A stretch of 64,000 nucleotides of DNA from Octopus vulgaris. Lineage: Eukaryota. Position numbers and translations under genes: made by a program. Positions 25,646 to 41,180 of this stretch are shown here, piece after piece. The stretch lies in contig OX597821.1 of the NCBI GenBank assembly GCA_951406725.2, positions 55,738,001 to 55,802,000 of the forward strand, read 5' to 3'. Below the pieces are notes generated by a model that worked only from the letters and a program-made list of their open reading frames with translations, made no database searches and had not been told where the DNA came from. Numbering within the stretch: position 1 is the first letter of the stretch; every line of letters begins with the position of its first letter.

Positions 25646-27499
25646 ATTTTAATCCTTCAGCTATTCAATGTTATGGGAGGCCTGCAGTTGCCTATATTAT
25701 TGATTCTGTTATTGTTATTTTTTTTAAATAATTACACTAGATAATAACAGAATTAATGATATCTTCACACATTAACTTTACAGGGATTATTTTTCTGGTG
25801 AATTGTTTGCTCCATATCGAGATTTTTTTCACACTGGTGGCTGTCATGATTTCGGCGCAAAACAAATCAGTTGCAGCGCTGACTTCAAAACGACTGGTTG
25901 GGAGTCTCTTTCATGGTAACGCGTGCTGAGGAAGCTAAGGCTATTTTTGCCAGTGCAGAAACTGGTCGGTCCACGTAAGTCCAAATACTTAAATGTACGT
26001 TGGGAGATTGTGTTAACCTGATTTGCCTTCAGTTGATTTCTGTAGTTATCAGCAGTGTATTTTGGCGATGTAAATAAGAGTTTTGACTGTTATTTCCAGC
26101 AAGTAGACATACATAGTATGTCCTTTTATTAATTTCAATCCTTCAGTTATATATATATATATGAATGTTACACACACATGCACACGTCATAATTTATATA
26201 AAGAGCTTGAATCAAAGATGAATGACTTTAAGCTCCACTGATGGAAAAGTGCCTGATCGTTCAAACGCTTCCTTCTACTAATATAAATATTTAACCACTT
26301 TGCTACATATTGATTCCTACACGTTGCTACATATTGAGGCGGTGAGCTGACAGAATCATTAGCATACCAAACAAAACATGTGGACTCAGAATGTGAAGAC
26401 AGACGAAATGTTTAGCAGCATTTAGAATTATTACTTATACTATGCTTCTAAGAATAAAGTAAAACGTGCACTCAGCACATTTCCTAGAGTTAATATACAC
26501 TTTAATGGTTGTAGTTGCACATTCCGATATTTAAAGTTTCAGAAACCTTTGCATAGATAATCTTCAAATTTGGATGAGCTCATGGAGACAAAACCTTTCC
26601 AGTTGCTTCATATATAAATTATTTCCCTGTTCCTATACCCACAGTTAAATGAACTACGTAGAGGAACTATCTTGCTCTGAAACACAATGACACACTTTAA
26701 GAAAACTGAAAGTATTTCTTGCGAGACAATAAAGAAACGGTACGACTATTCGACTATCTTACAGAAGTTTTTAGATTGCTATGTTACTGGAACAAATACC
26801 TTCTAAACCTATCAATTTTAAGAAGAAAGTTATAAAGAAGAAATGTTATAAGATTTGACAACCTGTAGGAATTTTCCGATAAAATAATTTAAAGCATATA
26901 TCCACCGTAGAAATATGAGTTTAAAGAAAACATTGGCAACAGAAAAAGTAATAAAAGACTACCAATAATGTTTTGACAAAACGAAGTACTGTAAATGTAT
27001 CAAAAATATCGTCGACAACTGAGTGTAGTATTAGAAGAGAACAATGTTGAGCAATGGAATTTCAAATATACAGAATACTAGTGAACTGAATTTCTTAAAC
27101 TTCATATATAACTGATATGTTGAAAAACCAAAAACATCTCCGTAAAATGTATTCCGTTAGATTCAAATGAATAGCTACATCAAAATATAACTAACAATTT
27201 GTAACAATATAAATCACTCTACAAACTTGTGTTTATATTATTAGTAAATAATGTCCATCTATATTCGAATAACTTCTGTGATAAGATAAAGTAGAAGTCG
27301 AATTTGTTCATTACTTGAAATGTATCGGAATTATTTCTTTAACCGCTTTAGAGATATCTCCCCACTGTTGCAGGAAATCCATAGGTTATTAGTTTATTAA
27401 TTTTATCGCCAATAGTATTTCAGAACAATTAGCAGTATAATAATCTCTCCAAACCACTAGAAGGCTTTTGATTTTTCAGACTTCCCCACTTCATAGCAA

Positions 27500-28445
27500 A
27501 TAAAATGTTCGCAAAAGAAACGGAAGGACATGCTGTCGTTTTTGCTATATGTGCGCTACGTTGTGATTTCTAAATTTCCAACTTTCTAAAGATCTTTTGT
27601 ATACAATTGGAAGTCTTTGGCAAGAGTGTTTCAACTTTATCAAAGGCAAAGAATATTCTAAACGTTCGGACGCTACAAGGACGCCAGAATTCATCCAATG
27701 GATTCAAAATATCAATGAGGAGCCAAAAAATCAATGAATATCATTGCCATAAATTTCACATGTCAGAGTTAAGTAACAGAATTGTGCTGCCAAAGGACAT
27801 TTGATACATGCCATGTGTACTGAGAATAAGGCCATTTCATAGCTACAAAAATAGGAAAACAATTTGATTCGTTCCAAGCATTTATTTAACAAGTTTAGAC
27901 CCCATTCATCAAGAACATAGCATGCTTTGATTCTTTTCTGATGAGAAAAAGTTCAGGAGAAAAGACACATTATGTGCAGATCATTCCCATGATTCCAGTG
28001 TTATACACAAAATTTCCATAAACTATGATCGTTTTAGAAGGAGTAACAAATGTCATGTCATATCACTTCACAGCGTCCCATATTGTTTTTTTCTTTAATG
28101 CTGCTGCATAACTTGAAGTACTGGGGACAGTTGCAAAACACTTGGTGAATGAAGTATGCAGTTGAAGGCCATACATGTTTCAAGTAGACACATCACCTTG
28201 TCACATTGCGCACGGCATCCAAGAATGGATGTCATATAATCTTTATGATTGATCATATAACACCAAACTATGTCTCTCCAAACTCCTCACAAACTCCAAT
28301 GTTTGAAAAGTTGTTGAAAGGGTGACTAAATTGATATCGTCACACACTCATAGCTTTGCTGAAGGTGAATTTATAAAATAATATACGAACGTTTATCGAG
28401 GAGACGCGCTCATTTTTTTTTATTAAAATACATTTTCTAGATTAG

Positions 28446-28514
<69 letters not shown>

Positions 28515-28553
28515 GTTACTAGATATATCCTCAAATATCTCTCGCACACTGTA
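27500..28553 (+). mobile_element. Highly decayed DD37D (maT/Bmmar1-like) transposon
   Basis: FFSDEKKF (~27931-27954) and PYMFQVDTSPCH...QEWM..N...HITPN..SPNS (~28169-28290); ends ...GCACACTG|TA; interrupted by (TTA)n at 28447-28513. The DD37D assignment rests on motif similarity; the spacing cannot be counted. Confidence 0.65.
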
Positions 28554-28859
28554 TCGTATTCCGTTTGCCTGGGTAAGCCAGCTCTTTCATGCTTCAACTT
28601 TATTCTAAATATATCTATATCATGTATAATAATTTCCCTGGGATGAATGTGATATTCATTGGAAAGCTATTCGAGGGGACTAATGTAAACAAAATATTAT
28701 GCAAACAAGAGACCATCCCACTTACAACTTCATAAAAGAAATAACACCTGCATAAGCAAAGATTGATAAAATACCTGCATTATTCAACTACGGTTGCGTC
28801 TTGCAACCTTTTCAATAGACTTGACACTGTCCATTATTTACACTGCGTTCCTTTTTGTT

Positions 28860-29170
28860 TGTTTGTGTGCATGTGTGTGGGTCAGTGTGTGTGTGCCTAT
28901 GCATGCATGTACGTATGTATGTGTGTATGTATGTATGCATGTGTATGTATGCATATATGTGTGTGTGCGCATCTGTATGTATCATGTATATTCATGTGCT
29001 TGCATGTCCGTGTTCGTATGCACCTCTGTCTCCTTGTGTATGCATGTGTGTGTGTGTTATGCAACTATGTACCATGTTCTTAAAATTAAGATGCATACAT
29101 ATACAAACACATGCTCACACACACACACTCAAACATAGAAAATACACAAACACGGACATGCAAGCACATG
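28860..29170. repeat. Degenerate TG/CA low-complexity region
   Basis: Directly visible. Confidence 0.85.
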
Positions 29171-29499
29171 AATATACAGTTTATTTTTAAGATAAAAAAA
29201 GTTAATTATACTTAAATACAAATTTTTGCATTACTTATATATTTTTCATGATATTTTATCTCACAACTTTTTTGATTCACATTTTGGTTGCATGGAACCA
29301 AAACTATGAAATTCCCCATGCTTTCGTTTAACATTAAAGCTGAGTTAAATATATTTTGCTTTCAAAATAAAAAAAAGTTATTTAGATCTAAACTTGATTG
29401 TTGGCGTTACTTACTCTCCCATAACCGTGCTACAAATTTTGATGTAAACTTTTTTCTACTGAATCAAATCTCAATTTTTGTACTTCAAAATGTAGCTGA

Positions 29500-29615
29500 A
29501 TATACTAGAGTAATGTAAAATGAAGTGTTTTACTCAAGAGCCCAACGCACAGCCGGTATGGGAATCAAAACCATGATCTCGCAATCGTGAGTGCAACACC
29601 CTAACTATTAGCCAC
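29500..29615 (-). mobile_element. SINE family C 5' remnant
   Basis: GAAGTGTTTTACTCAAGAGCCCAACGCAC...GGAATCAAAACCATGATCTCGCAATCGTGAGTGCAACACCCTAACTATTAGCCAC gives a tRNA-like head on the minus strand. Confidence 0.65.
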
Positions 29616-30955
29616 ACTAGGTCCTATACTAGCTTTCCTCTATCTCTCTGTATTACTCAATTTCTCTTTCTCTAGATCTTCCGTTAACATCATTTTCTCA
29701 CCTACAATTTTGCAGATTAGTGATAAGATTGTTATTTCTTCTTCCTTACGACATCAATTATTTTTGCTGAATTCAGTTAATTTACTTGTTAAGTGTCCTA
29801 TTCTTACAACACATGTTTAGGCAGATTCATAGGAATACATTGACTTAATGATCTATTTATCCAAAACTGTTTAGTATCTAAAAGAAATTAATACAAAAAA
29901 ATATTACAAAAGCCATGTTTTCAGATTACTCAAATTGCTTGTGTAAATTGTGTAAGTTGTGTAAACTTACAAATTACATCCACTTACTAAGCAATTTGAA
30001 TCGCGGAACCAGTCATCGATTTTCTGTTTTAATTTCACTCGTGTAATTTAGAATCTTCACACCTCTTAATTTTAACTTCTAAGTACTATTCTTTTAAAAT
30101 CTAAATTACTATTTACAACTTTCTAAAATACTTTTAGAATGTTTATATGTATCTTTCGACAGTATCTGTGCCTAAGTAAAAGTTTAGTCGTCGGTTAGGA
30201 AGAACGTTTAATTGCTCGATCACCTGAAAACCAACGCATTTAATTCGCGTGGAAGTGCCTGAATATTCCATGTACATGCGCATTCTTATTGTAATATTTT
30301 AACAGAATAAAAGCGACACAGTGTGAGAGACGTGGAGTTTTGAATTGCAGGTACAATTTATACTATGGACTTCTGCAAAGATTATGTCTACCGAATTACT
30401 TCACTCGATTGGGATCGGCCCGAGGTTACGGCAAAAGTTTCTTGCCCAAGTGATTGCAAGTGGATTTGTAAACATTCGGCCATGCTAGGTCCATAAGTAA
30501 ATTTTCTGCTGAAAAGCCAGCGTAAAATATGTTTCCTGGTGAGTCTAACCAAGAATCTAGTTTTACTTTACGCACTTTAATAATAAACTTCAAAAAGAAA
30601 TAACTTCAAAATTTCTATTTCTCATTTAAATATTTCACCATGTATCTACAATATCAACAGTTCCTTCTCTTTGATTTCTAATTGTGAAACGATTATTTTG
30701 TATTTGAATTGCAAGATTCTTCAGGTGAACTTATGCGTTAACATAAATCTTTGTGTATCTCAGAATGGTCACTTTGCCAATAATAATCGCACGCACTGAT
30801 TCTGTTTTACTTCTTTTCTTATTATTAGTGAACACTTTACCCATTTAACTGATTAATTAATCGATTAACTGTCCGGCCAAACAATCACTCAGCCAAGTTC
30901 GTCAGTATCCTTTCGTCTCTATTTGACACTGCGTCAAAGACATAACTCACTAATG

Positions 30956-30957
<2 letters not shown>

Positions 30958-30998
<41 letters not shown>

Positions 30999-31055
30999 GA
31001 CGACGACGATAACGATGATGATGATGATGATGACGATGATGATGATGATGATGAC

Positions 31056-31100
<45 letters not shown>

Positions 31101-31425
31101 ACTTTTTACTATAATCAAAAGGTCTAAAACTTGGTGGGAGAGGATCAGACGTTTATATCGACCCCAGTGCGTAAATGGGTTTTAATTTAAGGACCCCGAA
31201 AGGAAGAAAGACAAAGTTGACCTCGGCGGAATTTGAACATAGCGGCAGACGAAATAGCGCTAATAATAATAATAATAATAATGAGGAGGAGGAGAGGGGG
31301 AAGGAGGAGGAGGAGGAGGAGAAGAAGAAGAAGAATATGAAGAAGAAGAAGAAGATGAAGAAGAAGAAGATGAAGAAGAAGATGAAGAAGAAGAAGAAGA
31401 AGAAGAAGAAGAAGAAGAAGAAAGG
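30958..31425. repeat. Trinucleotide microsatellite cluster (AAT/GAT/GAG/GAA) with an embedded SINE A fragment (-, 31115-31262)
   Basis: Repeats directly visible; GACCTCGGCGGAATTTGAAC at ~31220. Confidence 0.9.
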
Positions 31426-31499
31426 GAGGCGAAGGCGGATTCTGATCAAAATAAGTGGGGAAGCTGCCAAAGTACAAAGACTTCGAAATTAAAGTATTC

Positions 31500-31925
31500 A
31501 AGATGTGACAACAATACCAGTTACAATTGGAGCGTTGGGTATGATAAAAAAAATACGAACTAAAACGTAAAAACTATATCTGGACCCTCAACACTACACA
31601 CTATCCAAAGAAATTACCCAGTTCGAAACAGTCCATATCCTACACAAAACACTATCAATTCAATAATACAACACAAACAAAACGATCCACAAACACAAGT
31701 GACATTTTGTACAATAAAAATCCAATAAAATAAACATCCACCACATGTACTCTACAGACCGGAAAGCATTGCATAGCAAAGTGACGCAATATAATACCGC
31801 GAAGAGTTTGTACTCCCCCAACGACCAAAAGAGCAAACGATGCTTGCATACACGCCCAACAACACGGTGGTGTAGCAAGTGATGCAGTAGGAATCTGCCT
31901 GAAACTATCAAATGCTAAATAATAA
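31500..31925 (+). mobile_element. 5'-truncated R4/Dong-like LINE 3' end (older copy)
   Basis: TIPVTIGALGMIKK...ETVHILHKTLSIQ* followed by a 3' UTR running into (AAT)n. Confidence 0.8.
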
Positions 31926-31929
31926 TCAC

Positions 31930-32547
<618 letters not shown>

Positions 32548-32621
32548 TAGAATTAGAATTATAAAGAAAGTGACATCGTAATTTTGGAGAGACAGATTCT
32601 GGAGGTTTTAATTTTGTTGCA

Positions 32622-33201
<580 letters not shown>

Positions 33202-34132
33202 TATAATAATAATAATGATAATAATAATGATAATAATAATAATAATAATCATAATAATAATACTAAAAGAATTGAAATAGGACAAGTGTATATGATTGTT
33301 ATTAGCAACTAAGTTAAGAATTCTAGTGTCTGTCTTTCCAAAATTACGATGCCACATTTTTTAAAATTATTCTAATTTATATGCTTTGACATATTTATAA
33401 TATAATTCTGTTCTTGAACTGCAGTTTAAAAGTTTTCTCTTTAGTAAAGAGTATACGAAAATTTAGTTACACACAATCTAGTTATTTTGAAAAAGCATAA
33501 CTTTCTGACATTTCAGTTGCTTCTAATGTAATCAACTACATCTCTATAATGATATTCACGGTTCTTTCGTTCTTTACTATTTTTCTAATTAACATTAGCA
33601 TGTATATCGTTAATCATTAACACTGTGTGCCATACCTCGCCAGTTTGAACAAAATACTTATCTGTCGTTGCCAGAAGGAGAGGAAATATCGAATGTACTT
33701 TCTACTACAATGTTCGTAAAACTTTAATAACTATTAATCAGCTTATTTCCCTCCACAATAGGTTCGTCTGTATCTTCCTATATATCATTCTATCTCCTCT
33801 TACTGTTTCTTTTTATGCTTTCACTTTCTCTCTCTATTTCGAGTTCTATACCTCCATACAGTTATCTATCTATTTATTTATCTATCTAAAAGTATTGCAC
33901 TTCTTCGCCACAGCTTGCTATGAATCTATCAATGCATCTTACTCAGAGGTGACCTAGAGGTGGTTTAACCGTTTCCTCGTCTGTTTTAGTGCTGTGTGAC
34001 CGTTTATATGAAGTGAGACATTTGATAACACTTTCCAATAAATTTTCTATTATCACGGAAATGAAATCGTAGCTAATGGGAATTAACTGATCGTCATATG
34101 ATATAACACCCTGAAATTTGAATTTTACTGTG

Positions 34133-34133
<1 letters not shown>

Positions 34134-34183
<50 letters not shown>

Positions 34184-34230
34184 TACATACACACATACGT
34201 GCACATACACACATATGTGCACACAAACAC
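34134..34230. repeat. (CA)n microsatellite
   Basis: Directly visible. Confidence 0.9.
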
Positions 34231-34460
34231 ATGTACAAATAAACCAGTTTATCATGATATATTTAACATTTTTTTACGAAGTGCGTGTGTGTGTGTATAC
34301 GACAACTGATGAAGGATCGTTATTTATGTTGCTTTTTTTGCTTTCCATTTGTTTCTCGCGTTGATCACATATCCAGGTTTACCTTCATATATCATGTTGT
34401 TTTCGTATTTCATGCTGTTTACATTTTGTTACATCATGTGTCCATATATGCATATATATA

Positions 34461-35197
34461 CAGGGGTTGAACAAAATAATGGAAACACTTTAAAATTTCA
34501 AACAAATTTATTTTAATATAGAGTAGGACCGCCTCTTTAGGAGTAATTACAGTTTCAATTCTACGAGGTATGGACTCGTACAAAGTTTAAATTGTTTCCA
34601 AAGGAATATTTGTCTATTCTTCAGCTACAGTTCTTGTAGTGATGATGGTGGAGGATATCAACTCCTTACTTGTTTTTCTAAAATGCACCATAAATGTTCA
34701 ATGATATTGAAATCTGGGGACTGTGGTGGCCAGATAAGATGTTCAGCTTCACTAGAATGTTCCTCGTGCCATTCAGTAACAACTTTAGCAGTGTGAATTG
34801 GTGCATTATAATCCTGAAAGATTGCGTTTCCCTCCTGAAACAGTTCCGCAACCAGAAGATGAATTTGATTAGATAAAATGCTTAAATAGACTTGACTATT
34901 AATTCTGCCATGAAGGGAAACCATTGGACCGGCAGATTGCCCATCCCCCAGATCATCACAGATCCTCCTCCATGTTTAATAGTTGGAAGAAGGCAGTCTG
35001 GGTCAAATGCTTCTTTTGGATGTCCCCACACGTATACTCGGCCGGTGGTCGGGAATAAGGTAAAGGACGTCTCGTCCGAGAGAATAACATTCTTCTACTG
35101 CTCTAAGGACCGATTCTGTAGGTTTTTACTCCACTCTAAACGCTTTGCAACGTTTGTTTTTGAAAGTAGTGGTTTTCTGATTGTAGCCCTCTCGTGA
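34461..35197 (-). mobile_element. Truncated second copy of the DD36E Tc1 element
   Basis: TA|CAGGGGTTGAACAAAATAATGGAAACAC TIR; FQDYNAPIHTAKVVTEWHEEHSSEAEHLIWPPQSPDFNIIEHLW; colinear with 8630-9380. Confidence 0.92.
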
Positions 35198-36299
35198 ACT
35201 CCGACAACAAAATGAGATATTTTCTGTTTGGTTGCCAGCAGCTCCAAAAACTAAAGTTTACCGCAATTTTTAAAATTTGGTACAATAATACACTTGCCCA
35301 AACTGAATTACTGGAGTTATTTCATTTTTTCCAGAAAATGTTTTTAAAAAGTTATAGAGGCTTGAAATTTGATCATTTTCACCCAGTCAGGAAACAGAAT
35401 TTGGAAGCTGTCATTTTATGCGTGACTGCACATTTTGTCGTCAATATCCTGAAAATAGCACGGGTTGACAATATTTGTACAGAACACGTGTTATGTCTCC
35501 GGGAATTTTCTTTCTTGTAAATAAATCTTATTTAACTGTTATTTTTAGCACATCTCACTACCACCAGTGTTTAATGTAAATGCGATAAACAATGTTAGAT
35601 GCGATAAACACATTACAATTTTTAACAGAAAGATTTACAAGAATTCGATGAAAGTTCTCCGGTAATTTTCTTTCACGTGAAAATATTTATGTTGATTTAA
35701 AAGAGAAAAACAGCTAATTTAAAATCTCTGAGCGAGATATTGGCAAATAAACTTTAATTAAAAAGATTTATCCAAAAAAAATCTTATTTAGCTGTTATTT
35801 TTAGCATACCTCCCAACCACCTCAATACTAAATGACAAAAAAAAACATTAAACAAACAATTTAAATGTTTAATTACAACCTAACTATGCTTACAAAACAA
35901 ATATTTAACTTTCGGTTTTAATTTTTAAAATATCCTCCTGTTTTCAATGTTTCCATTATAGAAGCGAAGTTACTGGAACTTGCTGGCATAATCACACAGA
36001 ACACAGAACACAGCATCAAATTTGTCAACACGTGCTTCCATGCAGAGAAAAAAACCTTTCAAAGACTGCTCGGATTCGCTTCTTACTATGGCAACAGGCA
36101 CGTGGTGAGACAAAAGAGTTCTCATGTTCCACTTCTAACTATCGAAACTGCTGTGCATGTGTCTGTGGCTTACAATTGGCTAAAATTACCAAAATTTTCA
36201 AACTTTAATTACTGATAACTCACTCCTAATGTATTGATTTATAGCGAAAATTACTGTTATTAATTAGCCTATAAATGTGTATGAGTACACTGCATATAA

Positions 36300-38125
36300 A
36301 ATCAATTCGAACAGAAAATTGATGCTAGGAGCCGCTGGCAACCAAATAGAAAAGATCCACAAAAAGTAATAACAACACTAGTGAGAAGACTTCCAACTCC
36401 ACCACCACCGCCAGTGGCAACAGCAAACCCACCACCACCAACATTACTAACGAAACAAAAACAAGAACAAGGAAAACGAATCATGCAATCGGCTGTTGAC
36501 GGTTTCGCCGACGAGATGCGGCAAGTGTATAAATAGAAGTGAAATTAAAAAAAGCAAAATGTGGGTGACATATGGCACTGAATGACCCTAGATCTGTCCA
36601 GCAAGGAATTAATTTGCGGATAGTTCTATAGAAAACAATTAGAACAAATAGTAGAAGAATGAAACTGGCAATACAATAGCAGATAGAGAATGTCTGCGAC
36701 AAATTTGGAAAAGCATAACTTATATAGCTTGGGGAATAAATATGGAATTGTGAAATCCACTTTAGATGAAAAGACGAAAAGTCATTCAACAACGACTCTA
36801 ACAAATGACAAATCCTCCCCACCCCATTTACCTTGGCCGAAGGGTGGTGTCTAAAATAAGAATATTAAGTATGCCACCAGAAATCAGCATTTACTGGTTG
36901 GCCACAGCAGTTCTGTTTAACATAAAAGATTCTCTGCTGATTCAGAAATACAGAAGTAGAACTAGTTAGAACAGTGTATGTAGTTCCTAACACAGGCAGA
37001 TTATCAAGTGTCAAGGTCAGTCTGGTTTTCAGAACCCTAGCGGATAGCACAAAGTGTCACGTGGCTGTTGGGAACAGAAGGTAGAACTATCAACTGTACG
37101 GGGACATAAACCGCCTCAAAGAATTTTGCCCACAGCTAAGGAAACCAACACTTCGCCCCGTCAACACCACCACCACAACAAAAACAACAACGACAAAAGC
37201 AGCAAAGTTAGGAACAACAGAATCAGGTGGCCACAACATCATCAGCAAGAGGAAAGTAACAGCTGCAAAAGCAGCAGCAACAACAATTACTGCAACATCC
37301 ACAGCAGCAGCAGTTACCCACCACCAACATCAGCAAGAGAATCAGAAAACCACAAAACAACAACAGCTACGTCAACAAAACACCAAAAACCTCCCCAAGA
37401 CATACTCCTCCCTCTTTTGGACAATCCGCAATCATCTGTAATGAAGGAGTGGTGAAGAGCCTAAATGGCAAACGGTTAGCAGGGCCAAGAAAAGAAACAA
37501 GAGCAATAATACAGCAACACAAACAACAGGCAGATACGAACAAATGAGGGAGATGTCTTTGAGCGATACTCGACCCTGAGCAAATGTGTGTGGTACCCAA
37601 CTCTATGGGACGGATGGCAGTCCGGCATACAGATGGATAGACTTCAGTGTCTAACTCGACAGTAATCTACGACTCTCGTCAAGACGGTGGTTGGGGCGTT
37701 GCGAAATGCCGATAACAGCCATGGAAATACAGAATGCGATGCTGGGAAGCAAATCACCTGGTTTTGCTGATGTGCCCTACGAACTTTACTTTTATATGCT
37801 AAACTTGTTTGTCTGCATTTTAGCAGATGTATACCTATTTCTTTATTACCCACAAGGGACTAAACATAGAGGGGACAAACAAGGACAGACATAAGTATTA
37901 AGTCGATTACATCGACCTCAGTGCGTAACTGGTTCTTAATTTATCGACCCCGAAAGGATGAAAGGCAAAGTCGACCTCGGCGGAATTTGAACTCACAACG
38001 TAACAGCAGACGAAATACCGCTAAGCATTTCGCCCGGCATGCTAACGTTTCTGCCAGCTCGCCGACTTATAGCAGATGTATACCGCAACTGACAGCAGTA
38101 CGAGAGAATTCGTTGTTCTTTAAGT
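36300..38125 (+). mobile_element. Decayed, internally deleted Tx1/L1-like LINE (ORF1 remnant plus ORF2 fragment)
   Basis: Degenerate knuckle near 37060-37135. At 37691-37835, CEMPITAMEIQNAM..KSPGFADVPYELY matches the L1/Tx1 KSPG.DG.P.E.Y motif, and it continues as RN*QQYERI after the SINE insertion. Confidence 0.75.
37836..38069 (-). mobile_element. SINE family A, full copy with 15-bp TSD
   Basis: TAGCAGATGTATACC at 37821-37835 and 38070-38084; head GGCGAGCTGGCAGAAACGTTAGC and B box GAGTTCAAATTCC on the minus strand. Confidence 0.95.
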
Positions 38126-40079
38126 GGAAATGCTGAGAAGGGAAGCAAACGGAGGAGCAAATAGAAAATTTTATTTCCGACTGGAGCTGAAAAATGGATG
38201 AAACCATGATAAATTTGTCAATCTGATAAGCTAGTCTTCTATATTTGTATTGATATGTAATATGCAATTTACAGCATAGTTACTAGAGCAGTCATGTAAG
38301 ATAATATGTTATACACTAAAGTAAATTAATTTTTCATTATGTTGGTTTCGAAACGGCAGTCAGCCTATAGGTACCAACTGGTGAAATAAACATATTCATC
38401 ACATGTCTTCTGACTATTTTTGTTCTATATTAGTGTGAGTGTGCGTGTGTATATGTTTGTGTGTGTGCATGCGTGCATGTGTGTGTGTATGCGTGTGTGT
38501 GTGTATGACGTTCTTACCCCGGGTACTAAACTCAATCACTAAGATTTGAGGGCGTCGAGCAGTGGCTCTAGTAAGAGACAATTGCCTAAACTATGCCACA
38601 CTGCGCGACGGTGTGTGTAGTGAGTGGAGGTGTTTGTAAGATTAAAACTTTCATTTAACAGCATAAGTTTCATGTTTGAAGAAACATATGAGGCTAAAAT
38701 TTACCCTAGCCGCAACTAAATTCCATTAAATTAGATGTATTGCAGTATATATATTCCAGTATGTGTGTGTGTGTGCGTGTGACTGAGTATGTGTGTGTGT
38801 GCGCGCGCATGTGAGCGAGTATGTGTGTGAGTGGGTATGTGTGTGTGTTTTTGCGCACCTGTGTGAGTGAGATGTTTGTGTGTATGTATTTATGGATGTA
38901 TCGATGAATCGATGGATTCACTCTGCAAAAAGTATAAGTCGTGATTTTTTTTCAGTTCTACTTAAATTTGTTTTTCTTTTTCATTATGGGACTTAATCTA
39001 AATTTACTAATCTGACAATAAATGCTAAAAACAGATTTTGAAATATTAAACGAAAACTTTGACCCAGTTAGTTTGGATGTCTTGAATAATAAAAGAAATA
39101 TTTTTCAGACTCAGTAAACATTATTCTCAATAAAAATATATATTTCACATATTTAGTTTCCATAGTCCTGACAAATTCATATATTTGAAAGAAGCAAAAC
39201 ATAAGAAATCTTTTGATATCGTTGTCTTCCTGCTTTTGTATAAGTAAATTATAAAATGTCGCTTGATATTAGACTTTTTGAACATAAATATTTACACATG
39301 CATAAATATATGTACATCTGTGTGTGTGTGCGTGTGCGTATGTGTGTGTGTGTGTTTGTGTATGCTGTATGCATGTATGTGGATGGACAGTTGGTGACTC
39401 GAGTGTCCGTTTGTCGTAGTTTCATCACCATGTAAATATATTTGTATGTATATATACGCATTTATATTCATAAATGCTTACAGAAAGATTATGCACACAT
39501 ATTTATAATTATGTACGTATATTAAAATTTATCTTAGACATATGTATGTTCAAATAATATTTTTCATTGTCATTTCACGCGTCTCATCTTTTACTTTCAC
39601 ACACTACTTCCCAATTTATATTACCTTTCCTACAAATTCACATGATCTATTTGTACAAAAATTATATCAACTCTTGATGGAACGTATTTCTTTGACTATT
39701 CAACAAACAATTTTTTACCTGTGTTAGAAATATTTTTCACGCATGAAACAATATTCTCTCATCGATTCTCTCTCCCATTCTCCGAGTTCTCTCGCACTCC
39801 CTATGTGTCTATGAAAAAACATAACATTTACCCTCATCTATCTGCATGTGTATGTGTACGTATTTGAAATTTATTCCATTATGTCTAGCCATGCACAAAC
39901 TAATGCAGCCATTACACATTTTTTTCTATACAAAATTGTTTTTGTGAAAATTTAGTAGTTTTTCATTCAATAATTTATTTTCGTTTAATTACATAATTCT
40001 CTTTGATATTCCCATATCCTTCTCCACCCTTTTTCGACTGCTTTTTATTATACAAACACACACACATACATATATATGT

Positions 40080-40138
<59 letters not shown>

Positions 40139-40142
40139 ATTT

Positions 40143-40183
<41 letters not shown>

Positions 40184-40184
40184 T

Positions 40185-40480
40185 AATCAAAATAAGCAAC
40201 AAGAATAACTTCAGTAATTTTGTACGATCGTTTCACGCTATATCATTTTATTAAATGTTGTAAGTATTACAACAGTTTTAAAATGTTGAGCAATCATCAG
40301 CCATTAATAGATGTTTTCCATTAATACATAATTTTGGTAATACCAAATTACCGAAGTTATTCTTCTTGCTTATTTTGATTATAATCACCCATGGATTTAT
40401 ATGGATAACACCATACAAAATTCTGGTGCATCTAACTTAAGCACCATATTCATTTGAATCTAAATTTTGCTGAACTTATA
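40185..40480. mobile_element. Inverted pair of PLE-terminal fragments between TA tracts
   Basis: TAATCAAAATAAGCAACAAGAATAACTTCAGTAATTT versus AAATTACCGAAGTTATTCTTCTTGCTTATTTTGATTA; 40365-40480 is the reverse complement of 24677-24795. Confidence 0.7.
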
Positions 40481-40519
40481 TACATATATATATATATAAA
40501 AATATATATATATATATAA

Positions 40520-41180
40520 TATAAATGAGCAACAAGGATGTGTAAACATCAATTCATTACGGCCGTTTCGAGCGACTCCTTGAATTGATCAATGAAAGCA
40601 TTACATCATTACAAAGAAATGTTCTCATCACATGACCGCATAAACCTCAAGTATAAAGGCCAAGTTAGTTATTTAAACATATTCATATCCTCAACAGAGA
40701 GCATATATTCATGATTCCGTTACTAAAATTTGGGGCAGAATGAAAAAAGGGAACTAAAGCGACAGACAAGCCAGAAATTAGCATAGGCTAGAGTGGGGAG
40801 AGAAGGGATAAATGAGAGTAGTGACCCCGTTGTCTACTCATCGATGGCAATGGGGAGAATGTAGTCTGCAAAGAATCCAGAATTAGATCTTTAGAGATTT
40901 ATAAACTAATTAATATCATGACAGACCGTTCTACTGTCCGAGAAATTGGAATTTTACATCCTGCTGTATTAACACCTAAAGGGTAGGCCATGGGGTGGTA
41001 AAGGAGTGCGTCTGATGGGGCAGTGGTGATAATAGAAAGAGAAGAGGGAATAAGGCTGACAAATAAAGCTTCGTTTGATTGTCATCTTAAAGGGAAAGAA
41101 AAAGTGAACAGTTACAAGGAATACTTCTTAAAGGATTATGGGTAGGATATAAATTGAAGGAGTAAGATTTTACCTTAGTT
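40520..41180 (-). mobile_element. PLE-like 3' fragment (left arm of an inverted pair)
   Basis: Reverse-complement homolog of 42020-42585; contains GAAACGGCCGTA. Confidence 0.6.

Noticed and set aside
26600-27150. Purine-rich stretch that looks like decayed coding sequence
   Set aside because: No recognisable family motif and no sustained ORF.
31175-31492. Lys/Glu-rich 105-aa ORF
   Set aside because: It is SINE antisense sequence plus (AAT)/(GAG)/(GAA) repeats.
35197-36300. Possible DNA-transposon body replacing the rest of the second Tc1 copy
   Set aside because: A short internal duplication is visible, but no TIR pair or coding motif could be established.
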